From a virus (lineage: Duplodnaviria; Caudoviricetes), in IMG/VR virus record IMGVR_UViG_2974727265_000001, positions 35,495 to 99,494 of that record: a DNA stretch of 64,000 nt; one strand, given 5' to 3'. Each line of letters starts with the position of its first letter. Position 1 is the first letter of the stretch. The notes under the pieces were generated by a model that was not told the origin of the DNA, made no database searches, and saw nothing but the letters and a program-made list of their open reading frames with translations. Positions 40,369-49,871 of this stretch are shown here, piece by piece. The translations under genes were made by a program, and so were the position numbers.

Positions 40369-41375
40369 TTCTCAACTTTAAAATACATAGTACTTGCATC
40401 ATAGGAGGTCAGAAATGGTACATCTCTTGGGAAGATAGGGTTACATTGGTTAGCTACATGATTAACAAATATGTTGACCATAACAGAGCCAATCATGTTA
40501 GCCATGAATGTAGTCTGTTTATAACTACATAATGTTTCCTCAACCTCTTCATCATTAAATAACCACTCCTTAGAGTACCTCTCTATAGCACTTTCATCAT
40601 CTCCAGTAATAGCAAACACTTGAAACTCCTCTGCTGCCAGTCTACCATCAATGTATAACATAGTATCTACAGAATTACCAGCACTTATATGCATACGACG
40701 TCTATTCATCCAACTATAGAAGAATACCTTTCTAGCCTCCATATTATCAAAGCCACAAATCATAACATCTTCCTTTAAAGATGACTCATCATACACTCTG
40801 TTTCTCACAACACCCTGACTAAAATTGGAGAAGTGTGACATTATACTATATATAGCATTAGCCTTGTATTCTCCAATATGGTTACTACCATACAACTGAC
40901 CTGATAAGTTGACAGTTTCTACTCTGTCAGGGTCATACATATAAATTACATTTGGTTTCAATCTGCCAAGTAGGAATGCAACATAGCTACCAATACCTCC
41001 TAAACCTGCTAATACTATCCTTTGTTCTCTGACCTTATCATACCATTCAGCAGAACTAAATCTACTAGTAGACTCATCCACCAGAAGAGTATTAGAATTA
41101 AGAGGGATTTTATGTATATCTACCTCAGAAGTTGGACTCTCAGTTATGATCTCTTCTACAGGTTGTATAGTATCTGCATCATCCAGTTCAGCTAATACTT
41201 CATCAAGTACTGAAGCTACTTCATCAGGCAGTATATCTCCATATGGATTTAATTCCATTCCTCCAGCTTCTTCAGCTACCTCTGGTCTATCAATATGTGA
41301 ACCATCCTGAGCAACAGGGGTTTCATTTATCAATGCTTCAAACTCTTCAACAGACATAATTCTATCGTCTTCCAT
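40365..41375 (-). CDS. ThiF/MoeB/E1-family ubiquitin-like activating enzyme
   Basis: IVLAGLGGIGS nucleotide-binding loop, YDPDRVETVNLSGQLY, ICGFDNMEARK, IDGRLAAE, candidate catalytic Cys in ETLCSYKQT. Confidence 0.88.
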   Translation of the reverse strand: MEDDRIMSVEEFEALINETPVAQDGSHIDRPEVAEEAGGMELNPYGDILPDEVASVLDEVLAELDDADTIQPVEEIITESPTSEVDIHKIPLNSNTLLVDESTSRFSSAEWYDKVREQRIVLAGLGGIGSYVAFLLGRLKPNVIYMYDPDRVETVNLSGQLYGSNHIGEYKANAIYSIMSHFSNFSQGVVRNRVYDESSLKEDVMICGFDNMEARKVFFYSWMNRRRMHISAGNSVDTMLYIDGRLAAEEFQVFAITGDDESAIERYSKEWLFNDEEVEETLCSYKQTTFMANMIGSVMVNIFVNHVANQCNPIFPRDVPFLTSYDASTMYFKVEK

Positions 41376-41376
41376 A

Positions 41377-42621
41377 TTAAATTATATAATTTTCAAGGTG
41401 ACCAATCATAGATAACACATACTCATTTGCAGGTAATTGAGCTAGCTCATTTGACAATGCATTAGCTAACAAAGCTGCTTGAGTATCATCATCAACATTC
41501 AAGTAAGTCTCAGTGTAATACACAATGAACTCTACATGAGATGCAATCCAAGCCTCAAACAATGCAATGTCTGGGAATCTTGTTTTGTACTTCTCAACCA
41601 TAGCCTCAGATATTTCCTCAAGAGTACCATCAAGTGTCTCAGTTATACTGCCAGAGAGTAACTCCCTAGCTGCCTTCATAAGTACATCTTCTGGTATTAC
41701 ATAGGCAGAGTAGCCAATAGAGGCGGGCTCTTCTTCAACTTCCTTCTCCTTCTCAACAGGTGGTACTACTTCAGCTGCTTTGTTTGCTGGTATTACATTA
41801 CCTCTGCCTACAGTAGCTTGATATACAGGTGCAGGAGTCTTTCTCTCAGAAGGCCACACATAAGGGTCATCATCTCTGTAATTACCATATGCTCCATAAC
41901 CACCATAGTTATTATAACCACCACTATAAGTAACAGCAGATTTAGTCTTTCTAGCTGCTTCTGCCTTCTGCTTTTGCACCTCTTCAATTCTCTGACTAAG
42001 CTCAAGATAGGGATTAGGCAACTGAGGTCTCTCTACATCCAACATGAAGTATTCCAGTCTTTTTCTCTTGAATGTATAACTGATTGGCTGGCTAGCCTCC
42101 TGTTCATTAAAGGTAAGGAATCTAGCAGAACCTGTTGCTGTCATTTCCTCTTCTACAATCCTTGTAATAGCTGCTTGGTATGTACCTTTAGTGTCAATAA
42201 TGAGTGATAAGAAATGAGTTCTATCACTACCCTCTTCTCTAAGAGTAGCATAATCAGTTCCACTAAAGAATGCTCCCATTGTATGATGAGAATGCATAAG
42301 TCCCTGATATACATCTTCTCCAAGCAGTTCAGGATTATCAACCATATATGCAACCACATCAGGAGACATATTGAATTCAGTATAAGTACTGGTTCCAATA
42401 TCTTGTAAGATAAAGTCAAATGCAGTTATCTCAAAGTTCATCTCTTTGAAAGAACCAGTAACTTTATAGAACAAAGTGCCTGAATACTCAGTGTTTGGGA
42501 ATCTATCAAGATAGTATCTAATCTTTCTCTCAAGCTCCTCAGTTACAATTAGCTTAAATGTATTTGATCTTTTTACAAGCTCCAGTAGCTTGGTCTTCTG
42601 TATTGCTGTTTCCATATTCAA
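41377..42621 (-). CDS. JAB/MPN (JAMM) metallo-isopeptidase
   Basis: PNTEYSG Glu plus HSHHTMGAFFSGTD = JAMM E...HxH...SxxD. Confidence 0.88.
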   Translation of the reverse strand: MNMETAIQKTKLLELVKRSNTFKLIVTEELERKIRYYLDRFPNTEYSGTLFYKVTGSFKEMNFEITAFDFILQDIGTSTYTEFNMSPDVVAYMVDNPELLGEDVYQGLMHSHHTMGAFFSGTDYATLREEGSDRTHFLSLIIDTKGTYQAAITRIVEEEMTATGSARFLTFNEQEASQPISYTFKRKRLEYFMLDVERPQLPNPYLELSQRIEEVQKQKAEAARKTKSAVTYSGGYNNYGGYGAYGNYRDDDPYVWPSERKTPAPVYQATVGRGNVIPANKAAEVVPPVEKEKEVEEEPASIGYSAYVIPEDVLMKAARELLSGSITETLDGTLEEISEAMVEKYKTRFPDIALFEAWIASHVEFIVYYTETYLNVDDDTQAALLANALSNELAQLPANEYVLSMIGHLENYII

Positions 42622-43738
42622 AATTTATTACTTGCAGAATGATTCTATGAATCCATTCTGCTAATCTAACATTAATAAAATTAGAAAGATTATTATCACC
42701 TATCTGTACTTCTTCCTCTCTAATATGAACTCTCACATCCTCACCCTTAAAGGTACATACATGCTGACCCTCATATTCCAGGTATGATCTAGGTATAGTT
42801 GAGTTATCATATTTTATTACACCCTCCTCTATGATACCCCTTCTTAACAAGCCTTGTCTTAATAGGTCACCATAGGTCTCAGACACTTCTCCAGCAACAA
42901 GTTTCATGTTATACCATTCAATGAATTCATTACTGATGAATACTATCCATTCTAAGAAAGTGGTAGATATCCCATAATGATAACCATTAAAGTCAAACTT
43001 AAGCTTGTTCCTAGATATGAGCCATGTTACAAACTCTCTCACTCTAGCATTGTTAAATGCATTAAAGTGAGGTATATTGCCAACATTTGTAGATAGATTC
43101 CAGTTACTTTCACCTATACTCATTTCCTTTGAACCTACTCTTTCCAGCCTATGATATGGTCCACCACCAATAGATTCCACTTGCACATATTTGCTTAACT
43201 CAAAGCAAAATAACTGCCATCTAAGTTCATCAAAGTCTTCAGTTCTAAGTGTTAGTATAGTATCTCTAATAGGCCCTTCTCCCAGACAAGGGTCCTGAAA
43301 ACTACTGAAATCCCATGTGGGTATATCACTTACATGGCTATGCATATAGTTACTATTCAATTGGGCAGTATTATACTCAGCTCTGTTGAGAGTAAAGTAA
43401 CCTAACATCTTACCATTATAGCCAAGTTTAACCCTAGCATATAACTCCCATATATCTATAGATTGGTCATACTCATTAGTGATTGTAACCTCTGGGAATC
43501 TTACCAGTATAAATACATGGCTAGGATATAGAGCCATACTACCTGCTTCATAAATATTTACTAGGCGGCTATTCTCATAACCTAGTAAGCTAGATGCATA
43601 GTCCTCTCTGCTTACCATTTGTATATCAACAAGCTCCTCACCAAAGAAGTCACAGAAGATTTTATATATCTCCATAGGTTTCTCTATCAGTCTCTGATAA
43701 TGCTTATCAATAATAGTACTTCTATTCACTTCTTCCAT
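42554..43738 (-). CDS. prokaryotic E2-like ubiquitin-conjugating protein
   Basis: YMHSHV...PCLGEGPI matches the HxH...CLG active-site pattern of prokaryotic E2 families; located between Ubl-like and JAB genes. Confidence 0.7.
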   Translation of the reverse strand: MEEVNRSTIIDKHYQRLIEKPMEIYKIFCDFFGEELVDIQMVSREDYASSLLGYENSRLVNIYEAGSMALYPSHVFILVRFPEVTITNEYDQSIDIWELYARVKLGYNGKMLGYFTLNRAEYNTAQLNSNYMHSHVSDIPTWDFSSFQDPCLGEGPIRDTILTLRTEDFDELRWQLFCFELSKYVQVESIGGGPYHRLERVGSKEMSIGESNWNLSTNVGNIPHFNAFNNARVREFVTWLISRNKLKFDFNGYHYGISTTFLEWIVFISNEFIEWYNMKLVAGEVSETYGDLLRQGLLRRGIIEEGVIKYDNSTIPRSYLEYEGQHVCTFKGEDVRVHIREEEVQIGDNNLSNFINVRLAEWIHRIILQVINFEYGNSNTEDQATGACKKIKYI

Positions 43739-43747
43739 TTTGCTTAC

Positions 43748-43784
43748 AAAAAAAAAGAGGCTGATGATTACTCACCAACCTCTT
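43748..43784 (-). terminator. intrinsic terminator after the Ubl-like gene
   Basis: Minus strand AAGAGGTTGGTGAGTAATCATCAGCCTC followed by a run of 9 T. Confidence 0.75.
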
Positions 43785-43801
43785 ATTATTACTTGAACTT
43801 A

Positions 43802-44542
43802 TTATCTTCCCACAAATGAGAACATATCATCAATCTCACTACCGGAGAGACCTTCTTCAGCTTCAGGTTCTGTGTCACCACAGCCACCATGACCATTGCG
43901 CTCATCAGCACCATTTGCAAGTTCATCTGCTCTATCTGCAAGATCACTATAATCTTCATACAGTTCATCTTCACCTCTCAGAGTTTCAATCAAATCATGC
44001 AGGAGTTTTCTTGCTTCTACATCAACACCGGCGACAACAGTAGGAGTGATATCAGCCTGAGAAGGAGCCTCATCTACAGGAAGTGCCTCAGCTTTAGTTA
44101 CTTTAGCTGATTTGGGTTTGTTCTGCTCTGCCAGGAATACAGTAAGCTCTTTAGTGCTTACCTGAGTCGCATTCTTTTTGAACTTCTCCATAACTGCTTT
44201 ACCAAGACCCTTTGCTTTGATTTCAGCAAGGATGTTTGATCTTTCAGTACCAAGAGCTCCACTCTTGATCTTCTTGTTCTCAGGAGTCAACATGAACACC
44301 AACTCATTAGTTGTGCTTGCAGGAGTTGTACCTTTAGCAGGCACAGGAACATTAGTTGGCAACACAGACTGATCATCTTTCAATTCAGTTCTGGTTCTAC
44401 CTTCATAGAATGCCATACCTGATATGCTGATGCCGGCATTACTCATATCTCTCTTCAGCTGACCAAGAGTTTCTGCTGTTGACATGATTGTTTTCTGAGA
44501 TGACTTGTTGTTAAGAACTACAGTAATTTTTCTAGCTTCCAT
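43802..44542 (-). CDS. ubiquitin-like (beta-grasp) precursor with C-terminal extension
   Basis: Residues 1-95 show a beta-beta-alpha-beta-beta pattern (RKITVV..KTIMS.AETLGQLKRDM...LKDDQSVLP...ELVFMLT) ending KKIKSG; first gene of the E2-JAB-E1 cluster. Confidence 0.65.
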   Translation of the reverse strand: MEARKITVVLNNKSSQKTIMSTAETLGQLKRDMSNAGISISGMAFYEGRTRTELKDDQSVLPTNVPVPAKGTTPASTTNELVFMLTPENKKIKSGALGTERSNILAEIKAKGLGKAVMEKFKKNATQVSTKELTVFLAEQNKPKSAKVTKAEALPVDEAPSQADITPTVVAGVDVEARKLLHDLIETLRGEDELYEDYSDLADRADELANGADERNGHGGCGDTEPEAEEGLSGSEIDDMFSFVGR

Positions 44543-44554
44543 AATCTTTAAATT

Positions 44555-45574
44555 TTAAAATGGGATGTTTTTTAATGTTATTTCCTCTCCACTTATAAGG
44601 CTGAGAATCACCTCTTTGAACTTATTCTTATCTTGCAGGAGCTTGAATAAGTCTGATACATCTTTTGCTCCATAGTCTGGCAATACTAAGTTAGTGAATC
44701 CAGTAGATTCAGATAGTTTCAGTGCATCTTGCACCCCAGCTTCATCATTGTCCAGTAGTATATAAATCTCTTTATATCTCCTCCTTAATTCACTAACTGC
44801 TGTATCACTCATACCATAACCTTCTCCTTGAATTGCTATACAGGGTATTCCTGTATTTGCCCATATACATAAAGCATCCTTCATTGATGAACAGACTATT
44901 ATCTTATCACCTTCTTCTGGTACTTTAGTCCATAGGCTAATGACTGACCTATCATGCTTGTTACTCCACTTATAACCTTTAGTATTGAATGGCTGGTATA
45001 TCTTCAAAGTAACCTTGCCTTCCTTTCTCTCTACATAAGCATAAGCATACTTATCTGCAACAAACACATATCTGTTATTGCCCTTAATCACTATCTTATG
45101 TGATATAGGATATATATCAGCATATCTAAGCCAGTCCAATGATATACCAAATAATTCCCAGTATTCTATATCATGCTTCATCCATTCTCTTACTTTACAT
45201 TCAAGAATAGTGTCTACACTATAGTTCCTAGTATCACTTGGTCCTCTCATTTTATTGGATTTGATGCCAGTAGTGGCTATATTAGGTAAGTCTTCCCAAA
45301 TTCTGTTCAAGACTTCTTTGTAACTTACTCCCCAATATTCTCCTAACATATCCCATAGACCCCCACTTAAGTTCTTAGCTAAGTCCTTCCAATGTATTCT
45401 GATACCATCAGTACTATAAATACCAAAGGATGGTTTCCTATCCACTCTCAAAGGACTTGATATAATACAAGGAACATCACTTACACCAAAATAGTGATAG
45501 AGTATATCAAACTCACTCACCTTACAGAGTATATCACTTAGGGTTATACTAGACAAGCCACTACTAATTGCCAT
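44555..45574 (-). CDS. DNA primase (TOPRIM, DnaG-like)
   Basis: SSPLRVDRKPSFG N-terminal domain, SSMKDAL, GEG, ILLDNDEAG, AKDVSD. Confidence 0.85.
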   Translation of the reverse strand: MAISSGLSSITLSDILCKVSEFDILYHYFGVSDVPCIISSPLRVDRKPSFGIYSTDGIRIHWKDLAKNLSGGLWDMLGEYWGVSYKEVLNRIWEDLPNIATTGIKSNKMRGPSDTRNYSVDTILECKVREWMKHDIEYWELFGISLDWLRYADIYPISHKIVIKGNNRYVFVADKYAYAYVERKEGKVTLKIYQPFNTKGYKWSNKHDRSVISLWTKVPEEGDKIIVCSSMKDALCIWANTGIPCIAIQGEGYGMSDTAVSELRRRYKEIYILLDNDEAGVQDALKLSESTGFTNLVLPDYGAKDVSDLFKLLQDKNKFKEVILSLISGEEITLKNIPF

Positions 45575-45600
45575 ATATCAATTCAATTACAGGTTATTAC

Positions 45601-46584
45601 TTATTTTGCCCAAGGCCAGGGTGGGTTGCTACCAGCAGTAGCTCCACTTTGTGCAGGTGCTGAAGGTGCTCCAAATGGTAAATCATTTGCAGGTGCATTG
45701 AAATCAGTAGACTCTACTTTGTACTCATGCAGAGGCTCAACACTGAACTCAGTTGTTGAATATGCACCATTCTCTTTTCTACTCTGAATCTCTTCATCCA
45801 GCTTGCTGTAATCAGTGATTACATTCTTCAGGAACTTCTGGGTATATACAGTCTGATAAGTCTTATTATCATCTGTAGTCTTCACACCAAATGCAGCCTT
45901 AACCAAGTTACTTGGCTGGAGTTTCAGCACATTCTCCAACTCTTTGAAGTCACCCTTGAAATAATCCTTGATATTATCAAGTCTTGCAAGAGCATCATCA
46001 AGGTTAGGAAGTACCTTAGTAATCTGCTCACCAGTGTTCTGGTCTTTGTAAGAATAAGAAGGACTTGGAATGTTCAGATACTTCTTGATGAAGTCAGTCA
46101 GGAACTCTTCACCAATGAATGCAGGTCTATAATCCTTATCAAGGTTAGCAGGACCATTAGCATACTGAGGAATAGCATGAGCTCTTGCTTCTTCAAGAGT
46201 GGGCCATGCAAACTGACCATATTTATCAACAACCTGAACTTTAGTCTTGTCCTTGTTGTATCTGAAAGCATCAACAATGTAGAAGCTAATCTTAGTCTTC
46301 ATTTCAATACCATTGTTCTTAACTGGGTCAGTGACTACAAGGAAGTCAATCTTTACTTGAGGAGTCTTCACTTTGTCCTCTCCAACCTCAGTCTCACCTA
46401 CATACTCAGGCTCCTCTGTTACATTGTCAGAACCATAGAATGCATTCAACTGAGCCATGTTAGGATTAACTGCTGTTACATATACAGCACCAATACCCAA
46501 GTAGAACTTTCTGGTATTCTCTGTTGATTCTCTACCACTTGCAACAGCCATCATTACAGCTGCACCTTTATTAACTTTCTTCAT
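45601..46584 (-). CDS. single-stranded DNA-binding protein (crAss type)
   Basis: Between AAA ATPase and primase; YLGIGAVYVTAVNP start and flexible NDLPF...PPWPWAK tail. Confidence 0.65.
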   Translation of the reverse strand: MKKVNKGAAVMMAVASGRESTENTRKFYLGIGAVYVTAVNPNMAQLNAFYGSDNVTEEPEYVGETEVGEDKVKTPQVKIDFLVVTDPVKNNGIEMKTKISFYIVDAFRYNKDKTKVQVVDKYGQFAWPTLEEARAHAIPQYANGPANLDKDYRPAFIGEEFLTDFIKKYLNIPSPSYSYKDQNTGEQITKVLPNLDDALARLDNIKDYFKGDFKELENVLKLQPSNLVKAAFGVKTTDDNKTYQTVYTQKFLKNVITDYSKLDEEIQSRKENGAYSTTEFSVEPLHEYKVESTDFNAPANDLPFGAPSAPAQSGATAGSNPPWPWAK

Positions 46585-46610
46585 GTTATAATATATTACA
46601 ATGTTTTCAA

Positions 46611-47000
46611 TTATACTTCAAATGGGAGACCATTGATATCTTTTGGCTCCAATCCAAATGGATTTGCAGGCTCAGCAGCTACTGGTTGCTCTTCTTCAAC
46701 TGTTTCAGTTGCTGCTTCAACAGGAGCTTCCTCTTCTTTCAAAGTCTCTGCAAGTTCAGCACTCTGTTCTTTTGCTAAAGCCAGGTCCATCTCACCATTG
46801 AGCACTTGTTCTGAAGTGAACCCACCAGTCAATTCAATGATAGGAGCCTCATACTTCTCAATAACTGCATTGATGGTATCCAACTCTTTCTGAAGTACAG
46901 CTACTTTCTCTTCTAGTCTGTTCTTCTTTGCTCTGAACTGCTGAACACTCTTTGCAGTTCTCTTGCAGTTTGCAAGTTCAAATCTTGATAATTCTTTCAT
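46611..47000 (-). CDS. coiled-coil protein with acidic tail
   Basis: 129 aa; heptad segment then Glu/Ala/Pro-rich tail ending GLPFEV. Confidence 0.65.
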   Translation of the reverse strand: MKELSRFELANCKRTAKSVQQFRAKKNRLEEKVAVLQKELDTINAVIEKYEAPIIELTGGFTSEQVLNGEMDLALAKEQSAELAETLKEEEAPVEAATETVEEEQPVAAEPANPFGLEPKDINGLPFEV

Positions 47001-47011
47001 GTTTTCTTTAA

Positions 47012-47290
47012 TTAAAATACTGACAACACCCTATTAGGGGCCTTTCTTAAATCATATAATATGTTGACATTGTGCTCTTTGCTCAGCACTTCTAAAGCAT
47101 CAAGGAAACACTGATTCAGGAGTGGTCCACTCATACTTAGCAACTGAACAAATTTCACAGACATCTGTGGATTCTTACCACGTTTAACACAGTAGTTAAC
47201 TATGATATCTTTCTTAATAGAAGGGTTTATGAAGCCTATCTCACCTCTAAAACAATCCACCACTAACTTAACTACTTCATCCCTTGTCAT
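47012..47290 (-). CDS. hypothetical protein
   Basis: 92 aa, ATGA overlap with the ATPase gene. Confidence 0.6.
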   Translation of the reverse strand: MTRDEVVKLVVDCFRGEIGFINPSIKKDIIVNYCVKRGKNPQMSVKFVQLLSMSGPLLNQCFLDALEVLSKEHNVNILYDLRKAPNRVLSVF

Positions 47291-48039
47291 TGTCTATGAT
47301 AGTGAGCATCAATACATTTCTTCACATACCCTAAGTCATTAGGGATATATAATGGACACTCATCCAATGCACCAATACTATCCTTTGCAGGAAATTCACC
47401 ATCAAAGTCAGTCACAAACTGTTTAATAGCTCTCTTGTTAGTGTTATCCCAATCAGCCTTACCATACAGGATTATATCAAACTTACCTTCTGGTGTGATA
47501 TAACCATCTACCATATTGCCAGTGGTCTTGAACTTATAAGATATGGAATCACCATTCTTATCTTTGTACTCCTCATAATGAGCAAGAGCAAATAGGTCCT
47601 TCTCTCTGGTTGGGATAGCTTCAAATGCATTGAAGATAAGTCCCATACCATAACCAATCTGCTTAGGAGTATCCCAACCACCCTTCATGGCATTTGCCAT
47701 ATAATAATCCTGAGAGAGATAATTGAAATCATCAACCACAATGTTCTTGAATGGTGATTGAGCTAATAGTTCAATAGCTTTTGCAACTGTTTTGAACCTC
47801 TCAAGACCAGCTATGTTACCTACTTGAAGTCTGTTACCATTAGCTATAACCTTTATCAGGTCATCAGCTTTAGTTACACCCTCAATAAGTACATAGTCAA
47901 GGTTAGCCAACTCTCTGTTTGCACACTGAATAAGGAAGGTTTCCTTTGGGTTTAACCCCTCAATATCAAACTTCTTTCTCCCACACAGAGCAGTTGTTTT
48001 ACCAAACCCACTCTTTGCAAGAACAAGCACTTTTGCCAT
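47287..48039 (-). CDS. P-loop AAA ATPase (AAA_24 / Sak4-like)
   Basis: Walker A AKSGFGKT, Walker B IVVDD, ALAHYE, TPEGKFDI. Confidence 0.85.
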   Translation of the reverse strand: MAKVLVLAKSGFGKTTALCGRKKFDIEGLNPKETFLIQCANRELANLDYVLIEGVTKADDLIKVIANGNRLQVGNIAGLERFKTVAKAIELLAQSPFKNIVVDDFNYLSQDYYMANAMKGGWDTPKQIGYGMGLIFNAFEAIPTREKDLFALAHYEEYKDKNGDSISYKFKTTGNMVDGYITPEGKFDIILYGKADWDNTNKRAIKQFVTDFDGEFPAKDSIGALDECPLYIPNDLGYVKKCIDAHYHRQ

Positions 48040-48040
48040 A

Positions 48041-49276
48041 CTATTCTTTAATTACTTTGTTTTTAAACTGTGCAAAGGTAACTAATCTTTTCCACCTTTG
48101 CAAATTTCTACTCCACCTTTTATGAACTCCACCAGAAGTCATCATGAATATGGGCTTACCATGTTCTTCTCCTCTAATGTAATCCAGATACTTGTATACC
48201 TCCTTTATCTTCTCAGTCTCCTGAGGTAAGGGAAGTTCTTTGAAGTCACATACTGCACCATCAAAGAATAAAGGACATAATCCACCCATCTCACCATCTC
48301 TGTTAAGAAGCACTTCAAGGAACCTTATATTGTCTCTGAAGATATTGATGTTATACTTCTTATAGTCTTGTAGTTCAAACTTGAATGGACTAAACAGACC
48401 CAGCAATATATTACAATCTCTTGCAATATACTTACTATCTCCAAGACCTTGAGCAGTAGGTCTCAATCTGCCACTGGTAAAGTTCTCATTACTCTCATTC
48501 TCAAAGGATTGCTGCTGTATAACAACAGGACTGAAACCATAGTTATTTCTAAGATACTTAGCAAGATACTCTGATAGCTTATCCATTGATTGTTTAAGGT
48601 TCATTCCTCTTTCAGTATCTATCAATCCCATATGGTCAATGAAGATAATCTTATATTCTCCTGGGTCATTAGGAATATAATGGTCAAAGCTGTTAGTATC
48701 AACCATTTCACCTAACTCACCTCTATAAGAAGACTTCCTTGTATGAACTGTACCATTTTCCTCTGCATACCTTTTGCACTCTTTATAGATGCCTGTAGGA
48801 TTGGATGTGGTACTAAATTCAATACTCTCCTCAAAGAACTTGAATAATGCAGCATACTCAGGACTTTCAAGTAGGTCTATTATCTCTTGTGCCAGTGGCT
48901 TGCCATTATCAGAACTTCTCAAGTCTCTTGGTGATACCCTAATCTTACCACCAGATAGATGGAATAAGATATGACTCATAAATCTCTGCATTACCCTCTC
49001 AGGAGTTTCCTCAAGAGCATAATAAAAGACCTTGACTCTTACCTTCTGTCTGTTATAATAAGCATATAGCAATGGCACAAAGATAAAGGTATAAGATGCA
49101 AACTGAGACTTACCTCCTTTAGTTGCAGAAGTGACACAATAGTAAGTAGATTGTTCTACTCCAATGAAGTCACTTCTAAACCTAGAGAAGGTAGAAGGAA
49201 TGCTATTGATACCTCCATCTAGTAGATTCTGCCTCCTAGCTTTAAGGCCTTCTAGGGTTCTCTCATAAACTGCCAT
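48041..49276 (-). CDS. dnaB: DnaB-like replicative helicase
   Basis: SATKGGKS Walker A, YALEE, IIFIDH, VIQQQ, LGDSKYIARDCNI, LLNRDG. Confidence 0.85.
   Translation of the reverse strand: MAVYERTLEGLKARRQNLLDGGINSIPSTFSRFRSDFIGVEQSTYYCVTSATKGGKSQFASYTFIFVPLLYAYYNRQKVRVKVFYYALEETPERVMQRFMSHILFHLSGGKIRVSPRDLRSSDNGKPLAQEIIDLLESPEYAALFKFFEESIEFSTTSNPTGIYKECKRYAEENGTVHTRKSSYRGELGEMVDTNSFDHYIPNDPGEYKIIFIDHMGLIDTERGMNLKQSMDKLSEYLAKYLRNNYGFSPVVIQQQSFENESNENFTSGRLRPTAQGLGDSKYIARDCNILLGLFSPFKFELQDYKKYNINIFRDNIRFLEVLLNRDGEMGGLCPLFFDGAVCDFKELPLPQETEKIKEVYKYLDYIRGEEHGKPIFMMTSGGVHKRWSRNLQRWKRLVTFAQFKNKVIKE
48071..48104 (-). promoter_or_regulatory. canonical Bacteroidetes promoter inside the 3' end of the helicase gene
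   Basis: Minus strand TTTG (48104-48101), 20-nt spacer, TACCTTTG (48080-48073); points into the ATPase-SSB-primase-Ubl genes. Confidence 0.65.
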
Positions 49277-49277
49277 A

Positions 49278-49871
49278 CTACTTTAGTGTTGATGTCCAAT
49301 CAGAGTCTAGAATAGCTGCTGCCTCATTCTCCATATATGATGCCAAGTCAGATACCTCACTTATATAGGTATTACCCTCAGAATCCATCTTTCTTTCATC
49401 TTTCCAAATGAAATACTTGAGGACTCTCATATAGGTATAATTACCATTGAAAGAGTCTACATACTGCTTGGTTGCAGCTAGTATCTGCTCATCTGTATAT
49501 GTGTTTCCATACAGTTTGAAGAACTTCTTCAGTCTCAGTGTAACATCTTTCCTGTTGCCTCTGAAATATTGAGAAGAACCTGCTTTCTTCTGCGCTGGAA
49601 ACATAGCCATCATTTTAAGAGCAAGCTGCTCTATTCTATCCTCTGGTTGTCTGTACTTATCAGAATCTAATAGTACACTAGACATTCGTTCATCATACCC
49701 CATAGTAACAAGATACTTGCCAAACATATCCTTGACTAAAGCCTTCTTCTCCTCAAGATTAGCAAACAATGAAGGCACATCTGCTCCAGACTTGACTATA
49801 GTCAGGGCAAGTACTTCAGCCATAGTTAGCCCATACTTGCTGCACACATCATCACTTATTGTTATTGTCAT
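49278..49871 (-). CDS. putative replication initiation protein
   Basis: 197 aa between SF2 helicase and DnaB; ILAATKQYV..F.GNYTYMRVLKYFIWK segment as in crAss replication-initiator-like proteins. Confidence 0.5.
   Translation of the reverse strand: MTITISDDVCSKYGLTMAEVLALTIVKSGADVPSLFANLEEKKALVKDMFGKYLVTMGYDERMSSVLLDSDKYRQPEDRIEQLALKMMAMFPAQKKAGSSQYFRGNRKDVTLRLKKFFKLYGNTYTDEQILAATKQYVDSFNGNYTYMRVLKYFIWKDERKMDSEGNTYISEVSDLASYMENEAAAILDSDWTSTLK

Noticed and set aside
40365-41375. ThiF as a thiamine/molybdopterin biosynthesis auxiliary gene
   Set aside because: No ThiS/ThiG/MoaD/MoaE or sulfurtransferase genes nearby; neighbours are JAB and E2-like genes
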